Shown: positions 26,247 through 37,268 of the stretch, piece after piece
Layout of the letters: each line of letters starts with the position of its first letter
How positions within the stretch are numbered: position 1 is the first letter of the stretch
IMG/VR virus record: IMGVR_UViG_3300033066_001190
Span: 1-64,000 of that record
Source: a virus
Lineage: Duplodnaviria > Caudoviricetes
Direction: 5' to 3' (one strand)
Length of the DNA: 64,000 nucleotides
Notes under the pieces: model-generated
What the model was told of the DNA's origin: nothing
What the model saw: the letters and a program-made list of their open reading frames with translations, nothing else
Database searches by the model: none
Position numbers and translations under genes: made by a program

Positions 26247-26528
26247 ATGGAACAACCAGATTTAAAATCCTTTATTGCATCTTCACGAAATGATGCTATT
26301 ACACGAGCAACTGCTGTCAGGCGTTTAGATGAAATCTTTACAGCCTGTGATAAAATCCCTTTAGCAAGATTACTTTCTATCATTCTGCGAAAAAAGGAAG
26401 AAATACAGAATGATCCTTACAACTGGAGTGATAAAACGTTCTTAAAGAAGTTGGAGCAATATCAACGTGAACTAACAGATAGTTATAACCCTGCAACAGG
26501 AGATTTTGATTTAGACGATGAAAAGTAA
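26247..26528 (+). CDS. Hypothetical protein
   Basis: ORF in the operon. Confidence 0.65.
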   Translation: MEQPDLKSFIASSRNDAITRATAVRRLDEIFTACDKIPLARLLSIILRKKEEIQNDPYNWSDKTFLKKLEQYQRELTDSYNPATGDFDLDDEK

Positions 26529-26856
26529 TATAGAAGAGATTATTGATTTAAAAATCAAGGAATATAGGGAGTTTGAGGATTTTAAAACATCTAACTTTTC
26601 TGATGTAAAATCTTTAGACAAGTTTGCTAAAGTAAAACTAGGTTCTATTTTAATAAAACAAATGAATTTAGTTATAGAGATAAATTGTTTGTTGCAGATT
26701 TGTGACAACAAATCCTTCAGCATTCCTGAAGATTTTGAAAAAGAATTACAGAAATTCAAAAATTCGATTTCTTCCATTAAAATTAAAGATGGCAAAGTTG
26801 AATACAGTGAAGAAATTGAAGAATTATTAAATAAAGCCAATGGACAAAACTTATAA
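26518..26856 (+). CDS. Hypothetical protein
   Basis: ORF in the operon. Confidence 0.6.
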   Translation: MKSNIEEIIDLKIKEYREFEDFKTSNFSDVKSLDKFAKVKLGSILIKQMNLVIEINCLLQICDNKSFSIPEDFEKELQKFKNSISSIKIKDGKVEYSEEIEELLNKANGQNL

Positions 26857-27172
26857 GTACGATGTTGAAAAAGCTGTTATAGAGTGTTTATGCTGGACAG
26901 TTGAAGAAGAGGATGTTGACGATGCTCATAAATTGGCTGAGATTTTGGATACAAAACCAGTTATCCAAGGTAAACCAAAAATGGGAATTATTAATCTAAA
27001 ACAGCTACCTATTGAGATGATAGCAGATACAAGTCATTTATTTGTAGATGATGAAGAACCAAAAAAGACAACATCTCTGGTATTAGGTGAAGATGGAGGA
27101 TATATATTATTGATTGATTTTAATGAGTTCAAAGACATTTATTATAAAATGTTTGATATAAAAATGGAATAA
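26840..27172 (+). CDS. Acidic hypothetical protein
   Basis: ORF in the operon. Confidence 0.6.
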   Translation: MDKTYKYDVEKAVIECLCWTVEEEDVDDAHKLAEILDTKPVIQGKPKMGIINLKQLPIEMIADTSHLFVDDEEPKKTTSLVLGEDGGYILLIDFNEFKDIYYKMFDIKME

Positions 27173-27173
27173 A

Positions 27174-27728
27174 ATGGCAGTTAGGAAAAGTAACATTTAT
27201 TCAAAAGTTAATTTTCAAACTCTAGAAAAAGAATTACGGGATACAATCGGATATTTAGAATCTGAGAAAGTTGATGAAACCTTAGAAGACGATATAGATT
27301 GGAAACAAAATCAAAAGGGGGGAGTTTCCCCCTCTATTGTTTCTACCATAGAGAAGAAAATAGAAACTCAAATGAATACGATAGACACATGCTCAAAAAT
27401 ACTAAAAGTGTTGTTTGAAAAGCAAGGGTTGTCTGAATTCATCAAATATGGTATAGAAACCCTTACATCAAAGTTAGAAGAGATAGAAACCTATTATTCA
27501 GAAAGACCCATTTCATCAATAAACAAAAGACATAAATCAATGGTTTTTGGTAATGGGAAATTAGTAACATTTCTAGCTTGTTCAAGAGAAGATGGTATAA
27601 ATTCAAGAACAAAAGTCTTAGAAAAGATATTTAAAGTGAAACCAATCATTACAGAACTTGAATCCATGAAGGAGGAAGTGTTATTAAAAGGTGGATCTGA
27701 ATTACCTGAATCAATGATGTATGACTAA
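27174..27728 (+). CDS. Putative terminase small subunit
   Basis: Helical protein overlapping the TerL start, ending ...LKGG; call is positional. Confidence 0.4.
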   Translation: MAVRKSNIYSKVNFQTLEKELRDTIGYLESEKVDETLEDDIDWKQNQKGGVSPSIVSTIEKKIETQMNTIDTCSKILKVLFEKQGLSEFIKYGIETLTSKLEEIETYYSERPISSINKRHKSMVFGNGKLVTFLACSREDGINSRTKVLEKIFKVKPIITELESMKEEVLLKGGSELPESMMYD

Positions 27729-30700
27729 ATCTCAATTGGAAACCGACATATTTAATTATAAAACTCCTGAGTTTTTTATCAATATGAAGTCTATTCCTGA
27801 TAAAAATTCTCAGGAAAGAGGTGCTTTTATTTCCGAAGAAAAGAGAAAATGCAGAGAAGGAATAAATATAAATGGTATAGATATAGTAGGAGGTTTGTAT
27901 TTCCATCTCAACTATTATAAATTGCAAGGAGATGATTTAATAACAGGAAAGAAAACAATCATGCTCCCTAGACTCAGGGATAATGAATGGATATTCTTCA
28001 ATGATTACGATGAGGCATTTATAAAAAAATTAATTTATACTTTTTTTGGTTTGAGGCAAGGAGGGAAGAGTGAAATGATTTCTTCCCTGTGTTTAAGGGA
28101 ACTATCTCTTTTTAAAGAAACTGAAGCAATTGCTCTTTTTTCTAGAGATATTGATAAGGCTACATTTGTTAAAAAGATATCAACTGCTATTACTCACGGG
28201 GAAAAATTTATCATTATTCCTAACATTGATAAAGACTGGTCTAAGGAGGAAATAAGATTTGGGGTAACATTACCTGACAACACTACTGATCTCAGAGGAA
28301 GGTTATATATTTATAATACTCAAGAAGGTCGAAAAATACAAACGGGGTCAGGTAAATCGCCTAGCTTTATGCTTATGGATGAAATTGCTATTAACCCATT
28401 CAGAAGTGTTTATGATGTAGTAGAACCAGCGTTGCTTTCAGATGCAGGAGGATTAAGGTGTTCTCCTCTATTTACATTTACAGGAGGTGAAGCTGAAAAA
28501 GCAAAGGATGCGGAAAATTTTGTTAAACACCCTACAAATAAACAAATGACTACCATTTTAGATGATGGTAGAGTTGTTGGAGGAAGGTTTCTCGATGGAA
28601 CACATAGAAAAGACTGTAAAGAAATTACAACGTTGTCTCAATATCTTAATCAAAAAACAAATACATGGCTGGATGATTATGAAATAGCAGTGTCAAATAA
28701 AGAGTTAGCTAATAAAAAAATAGATGAAGAAATCAAGGAGGCTGAAAAGTCTCCTGATAAAAACACTGTCACATTAAAGAAAATCTTTTTTCCAAGAAGT
28801 CTTGAAGAGGTGTTTTTGACAGAAAATCAAAACCATTTTCCATTAGACGAAATAAGAAAACATAAACTAAACTTAGAATCATATACTCCAGAATACATTG
28901 ATTTATATAGAGATAGTAATAATAAAGTAACCTATAGATTTTCTGATTTAACACCTATTAACATATTTCCTGTAAAACCAAAGGATTTTAAAGATGCTCC
29001 TTTGTGTATTTATGAAATGCCACAATCGGATGCTCCTATGTATTCTTATGTAGTTGGATGTTTACCACCAGGAGAAAAGGTAATGACAGATAAAGGGTTA
29101 ATAAATATAGAAAATGTAAATTTAGATAATAAGCTTATAAATGAAAAAGGGAATTATGTAGATATTATAAATTTACAAAGGTATTTGGTTGAAAATGAGG
29201 AAATTACAACTATAAAAGTTTCCAATACTTTTAGAAAAACATCATTTACAAAAGAGCATCCAATTTTAGTTAGTAACTCTGTTGTAAAATACGTTGCAAA
29301 AAAGAAAAGAAAAAGGCTTGACGTACCTCAAAGATACCGAGAGTTTAATTTTCAATACGAGAAAGCAGGAAAAATAAAAGAAAGTCAGTGGATCAAAGTT
29401 CCTAACGTTTACAAAAAAGAAAAATCTATAGAAAATTTAGGGTTTTGTCTTGATAACGAAATAAGGGAATTATTAGATAAAAAAGACTTTTATTGGTTTT
29501 TAGGTTTATTTTATGGAGATGGTTGGTGTGAATCAGATAAAAGAAGGATAAGTTTTGCATTTAATGTTAACGAAGAGTATTATTTTGAAAAATTTGTAAA
29601 TGTTTGTAAGGAACTGTTTGATGAAGATGTAAAAATAACTAGAATTCGGACAAATTGTATAGAATCTTATATCAATCATAAAAAGCTAAACTTATTTTTT
29701 TCCGAGCATTTAGGAAAATACGCAAATGGTAAAAAAATACCCGAATGGTTGAAATATGCAAATCCCGAATTTAAAAAAGAATTAGTTAGAGGATATTTAA
29801 ATTCTGATGGAAGTTCGTCAATAAATGAAAGGGGATACATAAATATTGATTTTGTAAGTATTAATCTGTCATTAATTGAGTCATTTCAAGATATCCTATT
29901 TTCTTTAGGTGTGGTATCATGTTCTAAATTGTTAAGAAATAAAGGGTATTGTAAGATAGCAGACAATCGAAAAATTAGTGAAACACAAAATTGTTATAGT
30001 TTAATGCTATCTCATTATGACTCTTTATTACTACTTAATATGCTATATGATGAGAAAGACCATAAAATTAATAAGATTAATAACCTACTGATAAAACCAA
30101 CAAAAAAAAGAAAAGAGTCAGGTTGTTATTTGTCTGTTTGTCAAGAATATATCTATTTTAAAATAAAATCACTAGAGAAATCATATTACTCAGGAACTGT
30201 TTATAATTTTGAATGCGACACTAATACATTTATGTGTAATCACATTACAACGCATAATTGTGACCCCTATAACGAAGATTCCTCCTCAGATAAAGTAAAC
30301 TCATTAGGAGCTATATATGTTTACAAGAGAACTTATAACCCTATGGGATCTTTCCAAAATTGCATAGTTGCTAGTTGGAGGGGTAGGAAAAAAGAAGTAA
30401 AACAATTTCACGAATTATGTTTAATGGTTTCTGAGTTTTACAATGCAATAGGTAGCGTACTTCCAGAGAATGAGGACAAAACATTAATTCAATATTTCTT
30501 CTATAAAAAGAAAGGTCACTATTTAGCTGATTCTTTTGATTTAGCTAAATCTATAAACCCTAATACTAAATCTATAAGAGCTAAAGGTCTATCTGCATCC
30601 ACTGTAAATCAAAGGCATTATATGAATTTAATGTATAGTGAAACTAAGGACGAACATATAACAGTAGATGAAACAGGACAAGAACATATTCAAATGGGTA

Positions 30701-31014
30701 TTTACAGAATCCCAGATGTAATGCTATTAGAAGAAATGCTACAATACAGAGGTAAAGCAGCTAGTTCTAAGGGTGTTCATGATGGTAACTATGATTCTAT
30801 TATTGCTTTTGGTCACTGTTTAACATTAGCTAGATATTTTGATGTAAAATACCCAATATCTTTTTGGAAACCTCCTCAAGAAGAAGATCATCAAGAACAA
30901 AAACAAAAGACTGTAAGAACCCCTTGGGGAAATTATAAACAAAATCAAAGTAATCTTTTTATGAAACAGAAACCAAAAAGATTAGGAGGAAGTGGCAGAA
31001 ACATGTTCCCATAA
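27721..31014 (+). CDS. terL: Terminase large subunit containing an intein
   Basis: YFHLNY..PRLRDNEW; RQGGKS Walker A; MDEIA Walker B; nuclease motif YVVG/CDPY and NYDSIIAF. Confidence 0.95.
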   Translation: MTKSQLETDIFNYKTPEFFINMKSIPDKNSQERGAFISEEKRKCREGININGIDIVGGLYFHLNYYKLQGDDLITGKKTIMLPRLRDNEWIFFNDYDEAFIKKLIYTFFGLRQGGKSEMISSLCLRELSLFKETEAIALFSRDIDKATFVKKISTAITHGEKFIIIPNIDKDWSKEEIRFGVTLPDNTTDLRGRLYIYNTQEGRKIQTGSGKSPSFMLMDEIAINPFRSVYDVVEPALLSDAGGLRCSPLFTFTGGEAEKAKDAENFVKHPTNKQMTTILDDGRVVGGRFLDGTHRKDCKEITTLSQYLNQKTNTWLDDYEIAVSNKELANKKIDEEIKEAEKSPDKNTVTLKKIFFPRSLEEVFLTENQNHFPLDEIRKHKLNLESYTPEYIDLYRDSNNKVTYRFSDLTPINIFPVKPKDFKDAPLCIYEMPQSDAPMYSYVVGCLPPGEKVMTDKGLINIENVNLDNKLINEKGNYVDIINLQRYLVENEEITTIKVSNTFRKTSFTKEHPILVSNSVVKYVAKKKRKRLDVPQRYREFNFQYEKAGKIKESQWIKVPNVYKKEKSIENLGFCLDNEIRELLDKKDFYWFLGLFYGDGWCESDKRRISFAFNVNEEYYFEKFVNVCKELFDEDVKITRIRTNCIESYINHKKLNLFFSEHLGKYANGKKIPEWLKYANPEFKKELVRGYLNSDGSSSINERGYINIDFVSINLSLIESFQDILFSLGVVSCSKLLRNKGYCKIADNRKISETQNCYSLMLSHYDSLLLLNMLYDEKDHKINKINNLLIKPTKKRKESGCYLSVCQEYIYFKIKSLEKSYYSGTVYNFECDTNTFMCNHITTHNCDPYNEDSSSDKVNSLGAIYVYKRTYNPMGSFQNCIVASWRGRKKEVKQFHELCLMVSEFYNAIGSVLPENEDKTLIQYFFYKKKGHYLADSFDLAKSINPNTKSIRAKGLSASTVNQRHYMNLMYSETKDEHITVDETGQEHIQMGIYRIPDVMLLEEMLQYRGKAASSKGVHDGNYDSIIAFGHCLTLARYFDVKYPISFWKPPQEEDHQEQKQKTVRTPWGNYKQNQSNLFMKQKPKRLGGSGRNMFP
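29059..30258 (+). mobile_element. Intein with LAGLIDADG homing endonuclease (400 aa)
   Basis: N-terminal CLPPGEKVMT; block B TKEHP; LGLFYGDG and VRGYLNSDG; C-terminal VYNFE...THN followed by Cys+1. Confidence 0.96.
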
Positions 31015-31096
31015 TTAAAATAATGGAATAGTTGGAACATTTTAAAACTTTCCTAAGTTTTGGTTATACTAGCTAGATTAAACTTCAAAAACAGAA

Positions 31097-33976
31097 ATGT
31101 CTTATTTAAACATAAATACCCCTTATTCAGGATCTCTACCTATTCAACAAATCCCTCTATCTAAGAAATTAGAAGACATGGATGATTTTGGGAATAGTGA
31201 ATGGATGAAAATGAACATGGATGGATTGGAGGCAATTGGTAGATATCAATTCTTCAACAATCTCAAACTAAAAGAGAATTATGAAATTGTACAAGGGAGA
31301 TTTATTTTACAACATTATTTAGATGCTGAAGATTATTTTGATTTTGCTTCTGCTATTTCCCAAGAGTTTCAGCTACCAAACTATCTTAAACATTATGATA
31401 TCACCACTAAAGCTGTAAATCTTTTAGTAGGAGAATATCTAAAAAGACCTGATGTATTTAGAGTTGTTGCTATGGATAGTGATAGCTCTAATCAGAAAGT
31501 AAGGCTTAAAACTGATTTATTAAAGAATTACATAAATTCTGAATTACAAAAAGAGATAACTGGAAAACTTGTTGCTCAAGGAATTGATCCTAACAGAGAT
31601 AAGTTTAAATCAGAAGAGGAAGCTGCCAAGTATAAAGAAATGATACAAGCTAAGTATCAAGAAATGACTCCAGCTTCTATTGAAAAGTTCATGAAGTATG
31701 ATTATAGATCTGCTGCTGAACATTGGGGAGAATGCGTACTCACTGCTGATAAAGAAAGATTTAACATTAGAGAACAGGAAAAAACAGAGTTTACAGATAT
31801 GTTGGTTGCAGATAGATGTTTTACACATTTCTATCTTACTCCCACTGGTTATAATATAGAGGTATGGAATCCTTTAAATACCTTCTTTCATCAATCACCT
31901 GAAATAAAATATGTAGAAGACGGAGATTATATTGGTAGGACTTTTTACATGTCAAAGAGCCAGATTATCAATAGATATGGGTGGCGAATGACTAAAAAAC
32001 AGCAAGAAGCATTATATCCAGATTGGAATAAACAAACCAATGCTTCAGGAACAGGATACAATACAATGTTTCAAACATGGGTTTATCCTTTTCAGAACTA
32101 TGATGACATGAGGGTGATTTCTGATGCAGTGGGTTCTGCTGTTGGTTTTAATCCTTTAGATAGAACCTCTTTGTCCTCTGTACCATTAATGAATGAGTTT
32201 GACAACAGTTCATTAGGTAATTCATATGCATTCCTTCAAAACGACTTAGTGCAAGTTACAGAGGCTTATTGGGTTAGCCAAATGAAAGTGGGTTTATTAT
32301 GTTTAATAAATCCAGAAACAGGAGAACCAGTTTCTAGTATTGTTGATGAAAGTTTTGAACCAAAAAGGTTTGGTATAAAGGAATTAGAAGATTCTACATA
32401 CAGAGAGCAGGTAGAAAATCAAGAGCCTGGAACAATTATATGGTTTTGGAAAAAACAAATTTGGCAAGGTTGTAAAATTAATGAAAATCATTTAAACTCT
32501 TCTGTAAATACTCAGCATGGAAGAAAAGGGTTATATATAGATATTCGTCCAGCAAACTTTCAATTCAAAGGGGATTATAACCCATTTGATGCAAAACTAC
32601 CTGTTGTAGGAGGAGTTTTTAATAATAGAAATGGTAGATCAATGTCTATTGTTGACTTATTAAAACCTTATCAGGTTTATTACAATGCTATTTTAAACCA
32701 AGCTTATGGAATAACTCAAAGAAACAATGGTAAGTTTTTCTTGATGGATATTAATATCCTACCGTCTCTAAAAGATTGGGGAGGTGAAGAAGCTTATGAG
32801 AAATTCATGGGTGTTGCAAATGCAATGGGTATTGGATTAGTAGATCCATCTCCTTCAAATCCTAACAATAAGCAAGGTAGTGGAGGATTTAATCAATATA
32901 CAGTAATTGATTTAGATGAAACAGAAAAGGTAGTTAGGTTAATTAATCTAGCTATGTTGATTGAACAACAAGGCTTTGCTCAATTAGGTATTACTCCTCA
33001 AAGACAAGGGCAAACTCAAGCATCTGAAACAGCTCAAGGTAATATGATTGCTGTTAATAACTCCTATGCTATTACAGAAACCTATTTTGAAAACTTTTAT
33101 AATTATAAGAAAAGGAAAGAAAGACATCATTTAGATATTGCTCAATATTGTGCATCTAAACAAAAAGATATCACTCTTCCTTATATTACTTCTGACTTAG
33201 GAAATGGCTTCATAGCCATAACTGGAACAGAATTAATGACAAGAGATTTAGCTGTTTATCCAATAAATGCTCAAGAAACAGCTAGACAAAAAGCAATTGT
33301 TGAAGAACTTGTTCTTAAAAACAACACAACAAATATACCTTTATCTAAACTAGTAGGATTGTTAAGACACAATTCTATTATTGATATGCAAAAAGAGCTT
33401 GAACAAGCTGAAGCTGATTTCTGGAAACAGGAGCAAGAAAAAATGAAACATCAGCAAGAAATGCAAGATTCTCAATTGCAAGCTGTTGCTCAAGAAAAGG
33501 ATAAAGAAAGAGCTTTTGAAGCAGAGCAAAATCAATTAGATAGGGAAAATGAATTGAGAAAAGTAACACTCCAAGGAATTAGTGCGGAAGGTTCTTATAA
33601 TCCAGAAGTAGATAAAACTGGTCAATTAATTGAACAAACCAAATTAGGATTAGATCAATCTAGATTGGCTGCTGAAAATTCTTTCAAACAATCTCAATTA
33701 TTGAATCAACAAATTGATAGCTCCAGAAAACATCAGCTTGAAAAAGATAAAATAAAGAATGAAGAAAAGCTAATAAAACTTAAAGAGAAAGAAGTCAACT
33801 ATAAGAAGCAAATTGAGGACACAAAATTAAAAGCCATTGAAAAACAAAATCAAAGTCAGGAAAAACTAGCAGAACTTAAACACAAGAATGACAAAGAATT
33901 GTCTAAAGTTAAGCTAGATGTAGCAAAGGTTAACTTACAAGCAGCTAAAAAGAAAGCTAAAAATCCTAACAAATGA
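31097..33976 (+). CDS. Portal protein (crAss-type)
   Basis: 959 aa after TerL; LPIQQIP, HYDI...VNLLVGE...RP, LKPYQ..YN, GITPQRQGQ; coiled-coil tail. Confidence 0.9.
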   Translation: MSYLNINTPYSGSLPIQQIPLSKKLEDMDDFGNSEWMKMNMDGLEAIGRYQFFNNLKLKENYEIVQGRFILQHYLDAEDYFDFASAISQEFQLPNYLKHYDITTKAVNLLVGEYLKRPDVFRVVAMDSDSSNQKVRLKTDLLKNYINSELQKEITGKLVAQGIDPNRDKFKSEEEAAKYKEMIQAKYQEMTPASIEKFMKYDYRSAAEHWGECVLTADKERFNIREQEKTEFTDMLVADRCFTHFYLTPTGYNIEVWNPLNTFFHQSPEIKYVEDGDYIGRTFYMSKSQIINRYGWRMTKKQQEALYPDWNKQTNASGTGYNTMFQTWVYPFQNYDDMRVISDAVGSAVGFNPLDRTSLSSVPLMNEFDNSSLGNSYAFLQNDLVQVTEAYWVSQMKVGLLCLINPETGEPVSSIVDESFEPKRFGIKELEDSTYREQVENQEPGTIIWFWKKQIWQGCKINENHLNSSVNTQHGRKGLYIDIRPANFQFKGDYNPFDAKLPVVGGVFNNRNGRSMSIVDLLKPYQVYYNAILNQAYGITQRNNGKFFLMDINILPSLKDWGGEEAYEKFMGVANAMGIGLVDPSPSNPNNKQGSGGFNQYTVIDLDETEKVVRLINLAMLIEQQGFAQLGITPQRQGQTQASETAQGNMIAVNNSYAITETYFENFYNYKKRKERHHLDIAQYCASKQKDITLPYITSDLGNGFIAITGTELMTRDLAVYPINAQETARQKAIVEELVLKNNTTNIPLSKLVGLLRHNSIIDMQKELEQAEADFWKQEQEKMKHQQEMQDSQLQAVAQEKDKERAFEAEQNQLDRENELRKVTLQGISAEGSYNPEVDKTGQLIEQTKLGLDQSRLAAENSFKQSQLLNQQIDSSRKHQLEKDKIKNEEKLIKLKEKEVNYKKQIEDTKLKAIEKQNQSQEKLAELKHKNDKELSKVKLDVAKVNLQAAKKKAKNPNK

Positions 33977-34326
33977 CAGAGATTAAGGTAGAATTTGGTG
34001 AGTTTATAATACTTCTTGAGGTATCAGATAATCCAGAATTATTTGCCAATAAACTTGTAAGCTCCCACAATTTTGATTTTACTGAAGAAGTGGATATAAA
34101 AGAATACAAAGGTTTTGTCAAAAAACATTATCATAATATAGCTTTTTTCTTAAAAACTGACTATTCTGAAGCAGATTTTGTGCATGAATTATTTCATGCT
34201 ACATACAGAATGTTAAACAATATTAGTATTCCTCTCAATGATGAAACTGAAGAAGTTTATGCTAGATATCAGGATATGTTATATCGCCTTATAAAACCAG
34301 AATTGGACAAATTAAAAAATGCATAG
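33973..34326 (+). CDS. Small HExxH zincin-like protein
   Basis: FVHELFHA...EEVYA motif. Confidence 0.6.
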   Translation: MTEIKVEFGEFIILLEVSDNPELFANKLVSSHNFDFTEEVDIKEYKGFVKKHYHNIAFFLKTDYSEADFVHELFHATYRMLNNISIPLNDETEEVYARYQDMLYRLIKPELDKLKNA

Positions 34327-34377
34327 TAAAGCATATAACTGTCCTATTTTTTGAACACTCGTTATTTTTTGTTATAG

Positions 34378-35547
34378 TTGCATTACAAGCAACAACAATA
34401 CATAATGCAGTCAAATTTACTAAACATTCAACTTCTCACAGAAGCAGAAGTAGGAGAAACATCTAATGTAGAATTAGCTCCTAATTTAGAAACCTCAGAA
34501 GTAAAAAAGGATGATAAAGTTGCAGATCCTGCAACACCAACTACTCCAAAAATTGAACTATTAACGCCAGAAGAAGCAGGTGTTAAATTAGAAAAGGATG
34601 AGGAAGGTAATGAAATTGCAGTTAAAGAAGAACCCAAAGTAACAAAAGAAGATTTGGCTTTAGATTATAAAGCTTTAGCTGAATCCCGAATTAAGAATGG
34701 TGCTTGGGATGAATATGAAAATTGGAATGAATTAAAAGATTCAGTGGAATGGACTGCTGAATTGTTTGAAAAGTTAGAAACAGAACAGTTTCAAAACAAA
34801 GTACAAAAGGGCATTGAAGAAGAAAAATCTCAATTCGGCTCTCAATATGCTCAACTCTTAGAGCATGCAAAAAATGGAGGTAATTTTCAAGAATTACTAC
34901 CTTCTATCCAACAAGAATTAGATATTGAATCCTTAGATGAAACAGATTTAGATTCTGCTGAAGAATTAATCAGAGCAGAATGTGAAGCAAAGGGATGGAG
35001 TGAAAAAAGAACAAAGTCTTATATCACTTCGTTAAAAGATCAAGGAGATGATGAGAATTTCATCGAAACTGCTAAAGAAGCTAAAGCAAGCTTAAAAAGT
35101 ATTGTTTTAGAAGAAAGACAGGAACTCATCAAACAAAAAGAAGAAGAAGCTAGAGTCACTAAAGCATATTGGGAAACTTTCAATAAAAAAGTAAGAGAAA
35201 CTATTTTTAAAGATGAAGAGCTTTCCCCAAAAGAACAAAAAGATATTGACAAGTTTGTATTTGAATACAAGCATGTAGATCCAGCTTCTGGTAAAAAATA
35301 TTCTGATTTCAATTTGAAATTTGATGAAATCAAGAATGACCCAGCTAAATATGCAAAGCTCATCAAGTTGGTAAAAAACTTTGATGAAGTAGTGAAAAAA
35401 GACACTGCTAAAAAAGAAGCAGTTAAAGAAATCTCTTTCCTTTTGAGAGGAGCATCTCAATCCACAGGTAAAAAGACATCAGAATATCCTGAATTACAAC
35501 CAGATAAAAAAGTAAAAGGGTATAATCCTTTTAAAATCAAACCTTAA
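34378..35547 (+). CDS. Putative scaffolding protein (probable start ATG 34405)
   Basis: Highly acidic, helical, between portal and MCP. Confidence 0.65.
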   Translation: MHYKQQQYIMQSNLLNIQLLTEAEVGETSNVELAPNLETSEVKKDDKVADPATPTTPKIELLTPEEAGVKLEKDEEGNEIAVKEEPKVTKEDLALDYKALAESRIKNGAWDEYENWNELKDSVEWTAELFEKLETEQFQNKVQKGIEEEKSQFGSQYAQLLEHAKNGGNFQELLPSIQQELDIESLDETDLDSAEELIRAECEAKGWSEKRTKSYITSLKDQGDDENFIETAKEAKASLKSIVLEERQELIKQKEEEARVTKAYWETFNKKVRETIFKDEELSPKEQKDIDKFVFEYKHVDPASGKKYSDFNLKFDEIKNDPAKYAKLIKLVKNFDEVVKKDTAKKEAVKEISFLLRGASQSTGKKTSEYPELQPDKKVKGYNPFKIKP

Positions 35548-35567
35548 AATAAAAAAATAATAGCTTA

Positions 35568-37229
35568 ATGGCAACTCCTACTTTACAGAATTTTGGAAAT
35601 AACCTCGTAGTTAAGAAAACTGATTACCGCATGGCGGGTACATTTACCGATGAAAACAAGTTGGTAAATCTATTTGGTTATGACAACGTTAAAGGTGATA
35701 ACTACATGGGGATTTTCTCCGTATTCAACCAATGGTCTACAGTAAATGTTCCTCTCTTAAAAAGGAGCATCATGGAAAAAAACATTATCTACACAAATGG
35801 TAATGTTGGTTCTTTAACTTTCGATATGCCCTATCGTTTAGAAGGTCTAACTGTTAAAGTAGATTTGACTGACGACATCCAATACCCAGGTATTGATGGT
35901 AGCATCTTTGAAGTGGTTATTGGAGATGGTGGATTAGATTCTGTATTACAAGTAGGTGATCGTATCACTGCTGATTACTACGATGGTCAAAACTTAATCA
36001 TTCGTGAAGTAGTTGGTATTTTTGGACAAGGGTTTAAATACAAGGTTCAGTTGGTTACAAATGACAAAACTGAATACTTTAATAAATCTCAACTAGCTCC
36101 AGGAACTCAATTCTTCAAACTTGGTCACACAGCAGGTGAATTTTCTCAAGATGGTTCAGGTATTTCTCAAGGTTTTGGTATGATGAGGTTACAACATCGT
36201 TTAGGTGGTCGCAGAATGTTGGAATATACATTAACTGGCGATGCTCAACGTTTGGAACTAAGTGGTTCTACTAAAATTGGTGGTTTTGACTTTGATCTTT
36301 CCAACTTGAACAAGTATGGTGATTTGAGTGATGCAATGAATGGTGGTTACTTGGTATTGGGAGAAAATGACGGAAAAGGAAATATTAAAAAAGGTACATT
36401 ACAATGGGTTAGTTTCATTGAAGTGATGTTGCATAATGAACTTGCTCGTTTGGAAGAACTTGATTTGATGTTCTCTCAAGGTGGTACTGTAACAGGCGCA
36501 AGGAATAAAACAGAAGTTGTTTCCGAAGGTTTGTATCAACAAATGAAACGTGGTAACTGGAGACATTTCTCTAAATACACTCGTAATGCAGTGGTAGATA
36601 CTTTCCAACAAGCATTTAGAAATCGTCCTGATATTCCAGATTACAAACGTTACTTCAAACTTGAAGGTGGTCGTGGTGCTGTAAATGAATTCCAAAAAAT
36701 CTTTAACCAAGAATTAAACACCACTGCAAACCAATTTGGAGGTATTATTAATGCTGATCAATTGGGTGTAATCAAAGGTGATGCAATGAATCTTGAGGTA
36801 GGATACCGTATGAATAAAGTGTTTATTTCAGGTGTGGGTTGGGTAGAAATTGAACATAACCCAGCATTTGATGCAACACAATCTCGTGTAATGGATCAAC
36901 CAATGATTGGAGGTTTACCTAAACGTTCTTACACTTCTTGTATTTTTGATTTGACTGACTCTAACAGCACTAATGCTGCTCAAGTAACAGGAGATGTAGA
37001 ATTTGCAAAAGGTATGGATACAGGTGCAAACATCTACTTAGTGAAAAATAAGAAAATGCCAGGTGTAAAAATCACTCACATTAATGGTCGTACTTCTCCA
37101 TATCCTGTAATGGCAGGTGGAGGTCAAGTAGCTTCTACAAGGTTTGATGCGTATACTCAATTGTTAGAAAATCAATCTAACATTTTCTTGAAAGATCCTA
37201 CTCGCTCAATCTTGCTTGAGTTGAAATAA
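35568..37229 (+). CDS. Major capsid protein (crAss-type HK97 fold)
   Basis: 553 aa; PGIDGS.F, GLYQQM, EHNPAFD and IFLKDPTR motifs; high-expression codon bias; synteny. Confidence 0.9.
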   Translation: MATPTLQNFGNNLVVKKTDYRMAGTFTDENKLVNLFGYDNVKGDNYMGIFSVFNQWSTVNVPLLKRSIMEKNIIYTNGNVGSLTFDMPYRLEGLTVKVDLTDDIQYPGIDGSIFEVVIGDGGLDSVLQVGDRITADYYDGQNLIIREVVGIFGQGFKYKVQLVTNDKTEYFNKSQLAPGTQFFKLGHTAGEFSQDGSGISQGFGMMRLQHRLGGRRMLEYTLTGDAQRLELSGSTKIGGFDFDLSNLNKYGDLSDAMNGGYLVLGENDGKGNIKKGTLQWVSFIEVMLHNELARLEELDLMFSQGGTVTGARNKTEVVSEGLYQQMKRGNWRHFSKYTRNAVVDTFQQAFRNRPDIPDYKRYFKLEGGRGAVNEFQKIFNQELNTTANQFGGIINADQLGVIKGDAMNLEVGYRMNKVFISGVGWVEIEHNPAFDATQSRVMDQPMIGGLPKRSYTSCIFDLTDSNSTNAAQVTGDVEFAKGMDTGANIYLVKNKKMPGVKITHINGRTSPYPVMAGGGQVASTRFDAYTQLLENQSNIFLKDPTRSILLELK

Positions 37230-37268
37230 GTAAGAAAACAAAAGTAAAACAAAGCAACAAACAACAAT

